From: an uncultured Patescibacteria group bacterium
GTDB lineage: Bacteria; Patescibacteriota; Patescibacteriia; UBA2591; CALHIP01
DNA: 64,000 nt
Assembly: GCA_938030745.1 (NCBI GenBank)
Contig: CALHIP010000007.1
Location: 13,180 to 77,179, forward strand
Reading direction: 5' to 3'
Part shown: in pieces, positions 17,852 through 29,815 of the stretch
How positions within the stretch are numbered: the stretch's first letter is position 1
How the letters are laid out: the number at the start of each line of letters is the position of its first letter
Notes under the pieces: model-generated
The model's input: only the letters and a program-made list of their open reading frames with translations
Database searches by the model: none
Told to the model about the DNA's origin: nothing
Made by a program: the position numbers and the translations under genes

Positions 17852-19969
17852 ATGATTTTAGAAAGATTAGAAATTTTTGGTTTTAAATCTTTCGCAAAAA
17901 AAGCGGTTTTAACATTTCCTTTAGGAATTACCTGCATTGTTGGTCCAAATGGTTGTGGTAAATCAAACTTGGCTGACTCAATTCGTTGGGTTTTAGGAGA
18001 ACAAAGTTTTAAAAATTTAAGAATAGAAAAAAGCGACGATCTCATCTTTTCTTCCGGAAAAAAGAGAGTAAATTTTTCTCAAGTGACTCTTTATTTGAAA
18101 GATGATAAAAAAGGAGAAAGTTTGGAAATTACAAGAAAATTATTCAGGAATGGAGAGAATGAATATTTTATTAATCACCAGCCGGTAAAAAAAGAAGAAA
18201 TTTCTTTCCTTTTAGCAAAAATAAATTTTGGTCAGAAAAGTTATTCGGTAATTGGTCAAGGAATGGTTGACTGGATTCTTTATTCTTCAAAACAAGAAAG
18301 AAAAGAATTTTTTGATGAAGCAGCAGGAATTAAAGAATATCAAATTAAAAAAATAAAAGCAGAGGCAAAAATTAAAAGAACATTATTAAATCTTTCTCAA
18401 GCTGAGATTGCTATTAAAGAGGTTGAACCAAGATTAAAGTTTTTATCCCGACAAATTAAAAGATGGGAAAAACGTCAAAAAATAGAAGAAGAAATTATTA
18501 ATCTTAAAAAGGACTATTATGGAGCGAAATTATCTAAATTAGAAGAAGAAAAAAAAGAAATTGACAGGAAAATTGAGAAAGAGAAAAAAATCTTAGAAAA
18601 AGAGGAAAAAGATTTTGAATTTTTTCAAAAAAAGATAAAAAAAATAGCTATTGATGAACCTAATCAAGAACTTGAACTTCTTAAAAAAGATTGGCAGGAA
18701 ATTTTAGAAAAAAGAAATAAACTTTTAGAAGAAAAAATAACTTACCAAAGTATAGCTAAGAAAGAAGAAAAAATAACATTTGAAGAAGGAGATTTATTAA
18801 AATTTAAAAATTCTCTCGAAGACATTCTTTTTCAACAAGAAAAATTTATTAAAAGATTAAATGAAATTAAGAAATTAGAAGAAATTGTAAAGATCAAGGA
18901 AAAAGCTAATGAGATCTTTCAAAAGATTAAAAATTTATCAATTTTTTTCTCAAAAATTACAACCCGAGAAAAAAGGGATGAAAAAGAATTAGAAAAAAAA
19001 GAGAAAGAATTGGAAAATATTAATAAAGAACTTAAAGTTTTAGAAGATAAATTAAAAGATTTTTTAATAATTGAAAACAAAAAAAGAAAAGAAATGTTGG
19101 AAATCCAAAAAGAACTTCAAGAAAAGCAAAATATCATCTCTTCCTTAAATTATAAAATAAAAGATTTAGAAATTGAAAAAGCAAGAATTGAAACAAAGGA
19201 GGAAGATTTAAAAAATGAAATCGAAAGAGAAACAAATTTTAAAGATTTATCACTTCTTTCTAAAATTAATTTAACTGATGAAGAAGAGGAAAAAATTTTT
19301 TCTCGAATTAGAAGATTAGAAAAAGAATTGGAACTTATTGGTAGTTTTGATGAAAATCTCTTTCAAGAATATAAAGAAACTAAAGAAAAATATGATTTCC
19401 TTTCTTCACAAATTAATGATTTAAAAAAAAGTATTTCCTCCTTACAGAAAATTAAAAGAAAGTTAGAAGAAAAAATTAAAGATAAATTTTTCTCTAATTT
19501 TAACAAAATAAATGAAAATTTTAAACAATATTTTAAATTTTTGTTTAAAGGAGGAGAAGCAAAATTAGTTTTGGAAGAATTATCATCAAATGAAGCATCA
19601 GAAAATAAAGAACGATCAGATGAAATAAATTATGGAATAGAAATCTATGCTCGACCGCCGAGAAAAAAAATAAAAACAATACATTCTCTTTCTGGCGGAG
19701 AAAAGGCATTAACTTCTTTAGCATTACTTTTTGCTATTTTAAAAACTCAAAAACCACCATTTATTGTTTTAGATGAGGTTGATGCTGCTTTAGATGAAGT
19801 AAACTCATCAAGATTTGTAGAAATAATGAAAGAACTTTCAAAAGATACTCAATTTATTGTGATTACTCATAATCAAATAACAATGGAATCAGCTGTCGCT
19901 CTTTATGGAATAACGATGGATAAAGAAGGAGTTTCCCATCTTGTTTCTTTTAAATTAGAAAGTCATTAA
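17852..19969 (+). CDS. smc: Short SMC-family ATPase (no recognisable hinge)
   Basis: GFKSFA, GPNGCGKSN, LSGGE, LDEVDAALD, ITH; 705 aa. Confidence 0.85.
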   Translation: MILERLEIFGFKSFAKKAVLTFPLGITCIVGPNGCGKSNLADSIRWVLGEQSFKNLRIEKSDDLIFSSGKKRVNFSQVTLYLKDDKKGESLEITRKLFRNGENEYFINHQPVKKEEISFLLAKINFGQKSYSVIGQGMVDWILYSSKQERKEFFDEAAGIKEYQIKKIKAEAKIKRTLLNLSQAEIAIKEVEPRLKFLSRQIKRWEKRQKIEEEIINLKKDYYGAKLSKLEEEKKEIDRKIEKEKKILEKEEKDFEFFQKKIKKIAIDEPNQELELLKKDWQEILEKRNKLLEEKITYQSIAKKEEKITFEEGDLLKFKNSLEDILFQQEKFIKRLNEIKKLEEIVKIKEKANEIFQKIKNLSIFFSKITTREKRDEKELEKKEKELENINKELKVLEDKLKDFLIIENKKRKEMLEIQKELQEKQNIISSLNYKIKDLEIEKARIETKEEDLKNEIERETNFKDLSLLSKINLTDEEEEKIFSRIRRLEKELELIGSFDENLFQEYKETKEKYDFLSSQINDLKKSISSLQKIKRKLEEKIKDKFFSNFNKINENFKQYFKFLFKGGEAKLVLEELSSNEASENKERSDEINYGIEIYARPPRKKIKTIHSLSGGEKALTSLALLFAILKTQKPPFIVLDEVDAALDEVNSSRFVEIMKELSKDTQFIVITHNQITMESAVALYGITMDKEGVSHLVSFKLESH

Positions 19970-20269
19970 AATTTTTTCCAATTCTTTTTTGCTTATTAAA
20001 CCAACAATTCTTTTTTCCTCTTTACCATCTTTAAAAATAATCAAAGTTGGAACACTTAATATCTGATATTTTGTAACTATCTCTTCTCCTTCGTCAACAT
20101 TAAATTTTCCAATTTTTATTTTTCCTTGATATTTTTTAGCTAGCTCTTCAATGATTGGTGAAAGAATTTGACAAGGAGGACACCAATCAGCATAAAAATC
20201 GATTAAAACCGGAATTTTTGATTCTAAAACTTCTTTTTTAAAGTTTTCTTTATTAATTAAGAGTGCCAT
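19955..20269 (-). CDS. trxA: Thioredoxin
   Basis: DFYADWCPPC, SVPT. Confidence 0.93.
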   Translation of the reverse strand: MALLINKENFKKEVLESKIPVLIDFYADWCPPCQILSPIIEELAKKYQGKIKIGKFNVDEGEEIVTKYQILSVPTLIIFKDGKEEKRIVGLISKKELEKILMTF

Positions 20270-20274
20270 ATTGT

Positions 20275-21030
20275 TTAAAATTTTCTTTCTTTACCAACAA
20301 TGACCTTTAAAGAGTTTGGTAAAATTTCTACAGTTAAAGGAGTTTTTAAAATCTTATAGTTATCAACTACAACAGGAACTCCTTTTTTATTTTCAGGAGA
20401 TTTAATTCCTAATTTTTTTAAAAAAAATAAGCTATCAATCATTTTCTCCTTAAAACCAAAGAAAGGAAAAAGGCCCCAAGATTCTTTTTCTAAAATAATT
20501 TCTAAAAGTCCATCTTTTGGATTGCTTATTTTATTAAAAATATAATTAAGATTAGAGATGTAAATTTTATTAATTTCAGAAGAAGGATGAATTTTAAAAT
20601 TATCAGATTCTAAAATTACTTTATTAGTCTTAATTTCAACCGAAGAAATAAAAAAATGATGATTTATTTTTCCTAAATCAAGATTTTCTATTAAACGAGC
20701 AGAAATCACTTCGCAAGCAAGCTCTTCTTTTGGAATATCGAGGATTTCACTAATTTTATTTCCTTCACCTATTGGGATAAAACCTAAAACAGTTTCTGAA
20801 TTAGCGAGAGCGCTTGCTGCTTGGCAAAAAGTTTTATCATTACCAACTGCAACAACAGTCTTTACTCCTTTTTTTGTTGCTTCTTTTATTAAGTCCGGAA
20901 TAGATTCTAAAATAGTTAGTTTGATAATTCGACCAGAAATTTCTAAATCAGTAATTCTTGTTTCTATTCTATCAAGAATTTTTTTATATTTTCTTTTAGC
21001 CAAAAAAGAATCAAAAAGATAAAGATACAT
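20275..21030 (-). CDS. Diacylglycerol/NAD-kinase-fold protein
   Basis: VVAVGNDKT, LGFIPIG, DLGKIN. Confidence 0.65.
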   Translation of the reverse strand: MYLYLFDSFLAKRKYKKILDRIETRITDLEISGRIIKLTILESIPDLIKEATKKGVKTVVAVGNDKTFCQAASALANSETVLGFIPIGEGNKISEILDIPKEELACEVISARLIENLDLGKINHHFFISSVEIKTNKVILESDNFKIHPSSEINKIYISNLNYIFNKISNPKDGLLEIILEKESWGLFPFFGFKEKMIDSLFFLKKLGIKSPENKKGVPVVVDNYKILKTPLTVEILPNSLKVIVGKERKF

Positions 21031-21056
21031 ATCTTGATTATTTTTTGATTAGCCAT

Positions 21057-21416
21057 TTACTCCTCAGTTATTTTTTCTGTCATTCGACATTCTCCATTGA
21101 TAATTGCTCCTTCTTCAATAGAAAGAATTTTACATTCTATATTTCCTAAAAGACGAGCAGTTCTTGAAAGACTAATTTTCTCTTCTGCTTTAAGGTTTCC
21201 TTTTACTTCTCCAGCTAAAAAAATGTTTTTTGCTTTAGAATCTCCTTCAACAAAAGATCCGTCTTCAATTCTTAAATTATCTTTTGTCTCTATGGTTCCT
21301 TTGATTTGTCCTTTAATAATCACCTCTCCTTCAGCAACAAAATTACCTTCTAACTTAACGCCTGGACCAATAATTGTTTCTAAATTTTCTGTTTTTAATT
21401 TCTTTTCTTTAAACAT
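21057..21416 (-). CDS. Bactofilin (polymer-forming cytoskeletal protein)
   Basis: TIIGPGVKLEGN...G.V.GN...LSIEEGAIINGEC beta-helix repeats; start at ATG 21416. Confidence 0.9.
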   Translation of the reverse strand: MFKEKKLKTENLETIIGPGVKLEGNFVAEGEVIIKGQIKGTIETKDNLRIEDGSFVEGDSKAKNIFLAGEVKGNLKAEEKISLSRTARLLGNIECKILSIEEGAIINGECRMTEKITEE

Positions 21417-21496
21417 ATAAGATATTGTTAAAAAAACTTTAAAGATTATAGCATAATTAAATTGACAAAACAAGAAGAATAAATTAAAATATTATT

Positions 21497-21673
21497 ATGG
21501 CAAAAAAAGAAATAACCAAAGATTATTCTTATCTTAAAAAAGATTTATTAAAAGTTTTGATTCTGACAGGAACTTTGTTGATCTTAATTATCGCTCTTTT
21601 TATCTTAGAGAAAAAAACAAATTATATCTTATCACTGACGGAAAAAATAATGAATATTTTAATAAAGAAATAA
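21497..21673 (+). CDS. 58-aa single-TM membrane protein (absent from ORF track)
   Basis: MAKKEITKDYSYLKKDLLKVLILTGTLLILIIALFILEKK...; TTGACA(21462)-17-TAAAAT(21485) promoter 6 nt before ATG. Confidence 0.7.
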   Translation: MAKKEITKDYSYLKKDLLKVLILTGTLLILIIALFILEKKTNYILSLTEKIMNILIKK

Positions 21674-21678
21674 AACTT

Positions 21679-21750
21679 GCCCTCATAGCTCAATGGATAG
21701 AGCAGATCCGTCCTAAGGATAAGATGGGGGTTCAATTCCCTCTGAGGGCA
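21679..21750 (+). tRNA. tRNA-Arg(CCT)
   Basis: GCCCTCA acceptor stem, anticodon loop GTCCTAA, T-loop TTCAATT. Confidence 0.92.
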
Positions 21751-21764
21751 TAAATTTTTTAATT

Positions 21765-21835
21765 GGGCTCATAGGTAAATGGTATACCGCAGTCTTCGCA
21801 TGACTGAATTCTGGGTTCGATTCCCAGTGAGTCCA
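21765..21835 (+). tRNA. tRNA-Ala(CGC)
   Basis: CAGTC-TTCGCAT-GACTG; G3:U70 identity pair. Confidence 0.94.
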
Positions 21836-21838
21836 AAA

Positions 21839-21920
21839 GCCGCGGTGGCGAAATTGGAAAACGCACTGGGCTTAGGACCCAGGGGGGAAACCCTTGAGAG
21901 TTCGAGTCTCTCCCGCGGCA
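21839..21920 (+). tRNA. tRNA-Leu(TAG)
   Basis: CTGGG-CTTAGGA-CCCAG with long variable arm. Confidence 0.95.
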
Positions 21921-21934
21921 AGAATAAAAATTTT

Positions 21935-22285
21935 ATGAAAACAAAAATTATTGTTTTGATTTTCATTATCTTTTTTGGTTTGCTAGTTAATTATGAAGAA
22001 GAGACTGGTTCTTTTTTGAAAATTTTTCCAATTGTTAAAAATCCATCTTTAGCTTTTATATCTCTTTATAAAAATAACAACAAAAATTTCTTTCAAAAAG
22101 AAAACTTCTGGGGTTGGCCATTTCCTTATTGGTTTAAAAAAGAATTTAATTTAAAATCTTTATTTTTCGATTTAATTTTTTATTTAATTATCTGGTTAAT
22201 TCTTATTTTCTTCTGGTGGTTTATTTCTGCTTTTAAAAGATTTCATCAAAAAAGGAAAAAACCTCCTTATAAATTTACTTTGTAA
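21935..22285 (+). CDS. Hypothetical membrane protein
   Basis: Starts MKTKIIVLIFIIFF after tRNA-Leu; two hydrophobic segments, WGWPFPY motif. Confidence 0.65.
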   Translation: MKTKIIVLIFIIFFGLLVNYEEETGSFLKIFPIVKNPSLAFISLYKNNNKNFFQKENFWGWPFPYWFKKEFNLKSLFFDLIFYLIIWLILIFFWWFISAFKRFHQKRKKPPYKFTL

Positions 22286-22287
22286 AA

Positions 22288-22332
22288 TTATCCACAGTTT
22301 TTCTTGACTTTTTAAATTTTATTCTTTATAAT
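22288..22332 (+). promoter_or_regulatory. Sigma70 promoter of 23S-5S operon with upstream DnaA box
   Basis: TTATCCACA 22288-22296; TTGACT 22304-22309, 17-bp spacer, TATAAT 22327-22332. Confidence 0.88.
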
Positions 22333-22346
22333 ATAATTAAAATACA

Positions 22347-22394
22347 ATGTTTATGAAACCAAAAAACCTTAAATTAAAAATTCCAAGCGGTTAA
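22347..22394 (+). CDS. Putative rRNA-leader peptide (MF)MKPKNLKLKIPSG
   Basis: In-frame ATGs at 22347 and 22353, TAA at 22392-22394; the 3' end overlaps the antiterminator strand. Confidence 0.55.
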   Translation: MFMKPKNLKLKIPSG

Positions 22395-22413
22395 TTTTGG
22401 TCATTTTCGCCTT

Positions 22414-22450
22414 AACCAAAAAAACCGCTTGGAAAAGCGGTTTTTTGGTT
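22414..22450 (+). terminator. Terminator-like hairpin in rRNA leader
   Basis: CCGCTT-GGAA-AAGCGG followed by TTTTTT, extendable via A-tract pairing. Confidence 0.75.
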
Positions 22451-22452
22451 TC

Positions 22453-22465
22453 CGCTCTTTTAAAA
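22453..22465 (+). promoter_or_regulatory. boxA-like antitermination element
   Basis: CGCTCTTTTAAAA resembles rrn boxA (GCTCTTTAACAA); nusB is present in the window. Confidence 0.55.
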
Positions 22466-22494
22466 TTTTAAAAATAAAGTCTTATACGGGTCCT

Positions 22495-25464
<2,970 letters not shown>

Positions 25465-25514
25465 AGGACCCATATAAGCCTTTATTTTTAAAAATTTAAT
25501 TTTTCTCATTTATG

Positions 25515-25631
<117 letters not shown>

Positions 25632-25654
25632 CATAAATGGGAAAAATTATTTCA

Positions 25655-26200
25655 ATGTCTTTTATATATTTTTTATTATTTTTATTATTTCTTTCTCTCT
25701 TTTCTCTTTTTTTGTTTTATACTTTTCTTTTAATTGGTTATTTAATAACTAAAGTTCCGTTTGTTTCTTTATCAAAAAAAGATATTCATAAAATTTTAAA
25801 AATGATGAATCTTAAAGAGGGAGAAGTTTTGGTTGATTTAGGTTGTGGTGATTCTCAATTTTTAATTGAAGCAGAGAAAAAATATAAAGTAAAGACTATT
25901 GGTTATGAACTTTCTTTAACTGCCTTTATCCTTTCAAAGATTAATATTTTACTTAAAAAAGCAAAGACGAAAATCTATTTAAAAGATTTCTTTAAAATTA
26001 ATCTCTCTTACTCCGATGTTATTTTTTGTTATCTTTTTCCAAACGTGATGGCTCGTCTTTCAGAAAAATTGAAAAAAGAAGTAAAAACAGGAACAAAAAT
26101 CTTTTCTTTAGCTTTTCCTTTGCCAGATTGGCCTAATGAAAAAATATTATATTTAGATGAGAAAAACAAAAAAGGAAAAATTTTTATTTATCAGAAATAA
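25655..26200 (+). CDS. Membrane-anchored class I SAM-dependent methyltransferase
   Basis: N-terminal TM, VPFV, DLGCGD, GYELS, CYLFP; ATG 25637 lies inside the 5S precursor stem, so 25655 is preferred. Confidence 0.85.
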   Translation: MSFIYFLLFLLFLSLFSLFLFYTFLLIGYLITKVPFVSLSKKDIHKILKMMNLKEGEVLVDLGCGDSQFLIEAEKKYKVKTIGYELSLTAFILSKINILLKKAKTKIYLKDFFKINLSYSDVIFCYLFPNVMARLSEKLKKEVKTGTKIFSLAFPLPDWPNEKILYLDEKNKKGKIFIYQK

Positions 26201-26203
26201 TTT

Positions 26204-27487
26204 ATGAGATATATTGCCGATTTTCATCTTCATTCAAAATATTCCCGTGCTACTTCCCAATTAATGGATTTAAAACATTTAGATGAATGGGCAAGATTAA
26301 AAGGAATTCAAATTTTAGGTACTGGTGATTTTACCCATCCAGAATGGTTTAAAGAATTAAAAGAAAAACTAGAGCCTCTTAGTAATGGACTTTTTAAATT
26401 AAAAACCGCTAAAGATTTAGCGGTTTCTTTTATTTTAACAACTGAAGTCTCTTGTATTTATCCAAAAAAAGGTGCTCTTCGTCGGATTCATTTAATTGTT
26501 TTTTTTCCTGATTTTAAATGTGTTGAGAGATTTAATACTCAACTTTCTTGGTCTGGTAATTTAAAAGCTGATGGTCGACCAATTTTAGGTTTAGATGCTA
26601 AAGAAATTTTAAAAATGGCTTTAGATATCTCACCAGATGCCTTAGTTATTCCAGCTCATGTTTGGACGCCTTGGTTTTCAATTTTTGGATCAAAATCTGG
26701 TTTTGATTCAATTGAAGAATGTTTTGATGAGTTAACACCAGAAATTTATGCTATCGAAACAGGCCTTTCAAGTGATCCAGCAATGAATTGGCGATTATCA
26801 AAATTAGATAAAGTAGCAATTATCTCCTCTTCTGATTCTCATTCACTTCAAAATCTAGGTCGAGAAGCAACTGTTTTTGAGTTTTTAAATTATCCAAATT
26901 ATCTTGATATTGTTAAAGCAATTAAAAATAGTTCTATTCTTCAACGACAATTAATGTTAGATCAACCAACAATCGCTTATACTATTGAATTTTTTCCTGA
27001 AGAAGGAAAATATCATTTTGATGGTCATCGATTATGCAATGTTTCTTTTTCACCATCAGAGACAAAGAAAAGAGGTGGTAATTGTCCTGTTTGCGGTAAA
27101 CCTTTAACTATTGGTGTGATGCATCGGGTAGAAGATTTAGCTGATCGTCCAGAAGGATTTATTCCAGAAAAATCTGTTCCTTTCAAAAGTTTAGTTCCTT
27201 TAAGAGAAATCATCGCTGAGGCATTAAATGTAGATAAAAACTCAAAACTAGTAGAAAATGAATACCTTTCTTTAGTAAAAAGAGGAGGTAATGAATTTAA
27301 AATTCTTTTAGATCTAAATGAAGAAGAAATAAAAAAGATTGCTTCAAAAAGGATTGTTGAAGGAATTATTAAAATGAGAAATGGAGAAGTAACAAAAATT
27401 GCTGGTTATGATGGTGTTTATGGCAAAATCAGTGTTTTCGGGAAAAAAGAAGAAAAAAAAGAAAACAAGCAAGGTGTTCTCTTTTAA
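26204..27487 (+). CDS. Endonuclease Q family protein (PHP domain + Zn finger)
   Basis: DFHLHSKYSRATS, GTGDFTHP, PAHVWTPWFS, ETGLSSD, SDSHS, GKYH, CPVCG. Confidence 0.88.
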   Translation: MRYIADFHLHSKYSRATSQLMDLKHLDEWARLKGIQILGTGDFTHPEWFKELKEKLEPLSNGLFKLKTAKDLAVSFILTTEVSCIYPKKGALRRIHLIVFFPDFKCVERFNTQLSWSGNLKADGRPILGLDAKEILKMALDISPDALVIPAHVWTPWFSIFGSKSGFDSIEECFDELTPEIYAIETGLSSDPAMNWRLSKLDKVAIISSSDSHSLQNLGREATVFEFLNYPNYLDIVKAIKNSSILQRQLMLDQPTIAYTIEFFPEEGKYHFDGHRLCNVSFSPSETKKRGGNCPVCGKPLTIGVMHRVEDLADRPEGFIPEKSVPFKSLVPLREIIAEALNVDKNSKLVENEYLSLVKRGGNEFKILLDLNEEEIKKIASKRIVEGIIKMRNGEVTKIAGYDGVYGKISVFGKKEEKKENKQGVLF

Positions 27488-27498
27488 TTTTTGAAATT

Positions 27499-28302
27499 AT
27501 GAGAATTTTATTTAGTAAAATAATTGTTGAAAAAATTTATCAGGATCTTAAGAAAGAAAGAAAAAAATTAAAAATCAAACCTGGTCTGGCAGTGATTATG
27601 ATTGGTAAAAATAAGACCTTACAAATTTTCCTCAATTTAAAACAAAGATCAGCAAGAAAACTTAATTTCTATTTTAAAAAATTTTTACTTCCAGTAAAAG
27701 TAAAAGAAGAAAAAGTAATCAGTTTAATTAATAATTTGAATCAAGATAAAAAGATTCATGGTATTATTGTTCAATTTCCTTTACCAAGAAAATTTAATCC
27801 TTCCAAAATCATCAAAACAATTTTGCCAGAAAAAGATATCGATGGTTTCCATCCAAAGACAAAATTTATTCCGCCAGTCCACCAAGCTATTTTAAAACTT
27901 CTTTCTTCTTATAAAATTAAAATAAAAAATAAGAAAGTTGTTATTTTAGCTAACTCTTTGATTTTTGCAAAACCGCTTCAAAAAATTTTTAAAAAAAGAG
28001 GAGCAAAAGTAAAAATAATCTTAAAAAGATATTCATCTCAATTAAAGAAGGCAGATATTTTAATTATTGCTATTGGCAGACCAAAATTTTTAAAAAAGGA
28101 AATGATTAAAAAGGGAGCAGTAATTATTGATGTTGGCTACTCAAGAATTAAAAAAAAGGCATTTGGTGATGTTGATTTTGAAAGTTGTGCTGAAAAAGCT
28201 AGTGCTCTTTCGCCAGTTCCTGGTGGAATAGGTCCTTTAACTGTTGCCTATTTAATGAAGAACGTTTTTGAATCAGCTAAAATGCTTTCTAAGATAAAAT
28301 AG
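27499..28302 (+). CDS. folD: FolD-like methylene-THF dehydrogenase/cyclohydrolase (divergent)
   Basis: GIIVQFPLP, KDIDGFH, IDVG, SPVPGGIGPLTVA. Confidence 0.85.
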   Translation: MRILFSKIIVEKIYQDLKKERKKLKIKPGLAVIMIGKNKTLQIFLNLKQRSARKLNFYFKKFLLPVKVKEEKVISLINNLNQDKKIHGIIVQFPLPRKFNPSKIIKTILPEKDIDGFHPKTKFIPPVHQAILKLLSSYKIKIKNKKVVILANSLIFAKPLQKIFKKRGAKVKIILKRYSSQLKKADILIIAIGRPKFLKKEMIKKGAVIIDVGYSRIKKKAFGDVDFESCAEKASALSPVPGGIGPLTVAYLMKNVFESAKMLSKIK

Positions 28303-28310
28303 TTTAAACC

Positions 28311-29534
28311 TTATAAATTAAAATTTTTCTTATATTTTTCTAATCCCTTCTTTAAAATCATCATTGCTTCTTTCAATTTTTCACAAGATAAAACAAAAGC
28401 AATCCGAAATTCATCTTTTCCTAAACCAGAAGTACTATAAAAACCACTCGCTGGAGCAACTAAAACTGTTTTTCTTTGGTAAGAAAATTTTGTTAGAAGC
28501 CATTGAGCAAAATGATCTGAATCTTTAAGCCAAGGAATTTTAACAATAAGATAAAAAGCACCTTTTGGCTTAACAACAATTGCTTCAGGGATTTTTTTTA
28601 TTTCGGTAAAAACAACATCTCTTCTTTTTTTATATTCAGAGACAATCTTTTTAAGATATTTTTCTGGATTCTCTAAAAGAGGAATGACAGCTAATTGTTC
28701 AACCATTGGCGAAGAAAGTCTGGCTTGAGCAAACTTAATTGCTGCTTCAATAACTTTCTTATTTTTACTTGCTAAAACACCAATTCTTGCTCCACAAGCA
28801 GAAAATCTTTTAGAAACACTATCAAGCAAAACTACTTGCTGAAGAATTTCAGGAAAACTCATCATCGAATAATAATTTTCATTATCATAAACAAATTCGC
28901 GATAAGTCTCATCAGAAAGGATAAAGAGATGATACTTTTTTGCTATTTCAATTATTGTCTTTAATTCAGATTTTTTATAAACAGTACCAGTTGGATTATT
29001 AGGGTTACAAATAATAATCCCCCTTGTTTTTTTGTTAATTTTTTTCTCAATTTCTTTTTGAGTTGGTAAATGGAAACCATTTTCTGCTAATGTTCTAATT
29101 GGTCTTAATTTAATTCCAGTAATTGAAGCATAACCATTATAATTTGTATAAAATGGTTCAAAGACAATTATTTCTTCATTTGGTTGACAAACAGCAGCAA
29201 AAGCAAATAAAATTGCTTCACTTCCACCAGTTGTGACAACTATTTCTGAAAGATCAAAATCAATACCAACACTTTTAAAATATTTCTGCCAAGCTAATTT
29301 TAACTCATTGATTCCATCAGAAGGAGTATAAGCTAAAATTTTTTCCTTAAAATTTCTTATTCTTTGTAAAATCTCTTTTGGCGTTTCTAAATCTGGTTGA
29401 CCAATATGAACTTCAAAAACTTTTATTCCTTTCTCTTTTATTTTTTGGAGAAGTGGAACAAATTTTCTAATTGGTGAAAATTGCGCTTCTTCAGCTCGAG
29501 ATGAGATTTTTATTTTGTTTCTTGTTTTAACCAT
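28311..29534 (-). CDS. PLP-dependent class I/II aminotransferase
   Basis: IGQPD, GGSEA, NPNNPTG, DETY, SVSKRFSACGARIG. Confidence 0.93.
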   Translation of the reverse strand: MVKTRNKIKISSRAEEAQFSPIRKFVPLLQKIKEKGIKVFEVHIGQPDLETPKEILQRIRNFKEKILAYTPSDGINELKLAWQKYFKSVGIDFDLSEIVVTTGGSEAILFAFAAVCQPNEEIIVFEPFYTNYNGYASITGIKLRPIRTLAENGFHLPTQKEIEKKINKKTRGIIICNPNNPTGTVYKKSELKTIIEIAKKYHLFILSDETYREFVYDNENYYSMMSFPEILQQVVLLDSVSKRFSACGARIGVLASKNKKVIEAAIKFAQARLSSPMVEQLAVIPLLENPEKYLKKIVSEYKKRRDVVFTEIKKIPEAIVVKPKGAFYLIVKIPWLKDSDHFAQWLLTKFSYQRKTVLVAPASGFYSTSGLGKDEFRIAFVLSCEKLKEAMMILKKGLEKYKKNFNL

Positions 29535-29815
29535 TTTAAATAATTTTTCTCTACTTTATTAATTAACCAAGAAAAGATAGCTGGGATTTGATAAGGATGG
29601 TTTTCTTTAATTATTTTTTCAATTTTTTGATAATTTTTCTTCACTGTTTTAATGATCATCGCCCATTCTCTTGTTTTTTCTATTTTTTTCTTCCACCAAT
29701 ATTGCGAGTTAATTGGCCAATAATTAAGACAAGATGCTAATCTTTCTTTTAAAATTTTTTTAGCCAATTTTTCAGCTGATTTTTTATTAGGAAAGGTTGT
29801 GTAAACAATAATCAT
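29510..29815 (-). CDS. cutA: Divalent-cation tolerance protein CutA
   Basis: YTTFP, LASC, YWWK, HPYQIPAI. Confidence 0.92.
   Translation of the reverse strand: MIIVYTTFPNKKSAEKLAKKILKERLASCLNYWPINSQYWWKKKIEKTREWAMIIKTVKKNYQKIEKIIKENHPYQIPAIFSWLINKVEKNYLKWLKQETK

Noticed and set aside
21679-21750. G32 and 27:43 mismatch in tRNA-Arg(CCT) as a sign of pseudogenisation
   Set aside because: The rest of the cloverleaf is intact and the gene lies in a promoter-driven tRNA cluster.
21769-21966. 65-aa minus ORF and the 5' extension of ORF 21779
   Set aside because: They overlap tRNA-Ala and tRNA-Leu; the real start is 21935.
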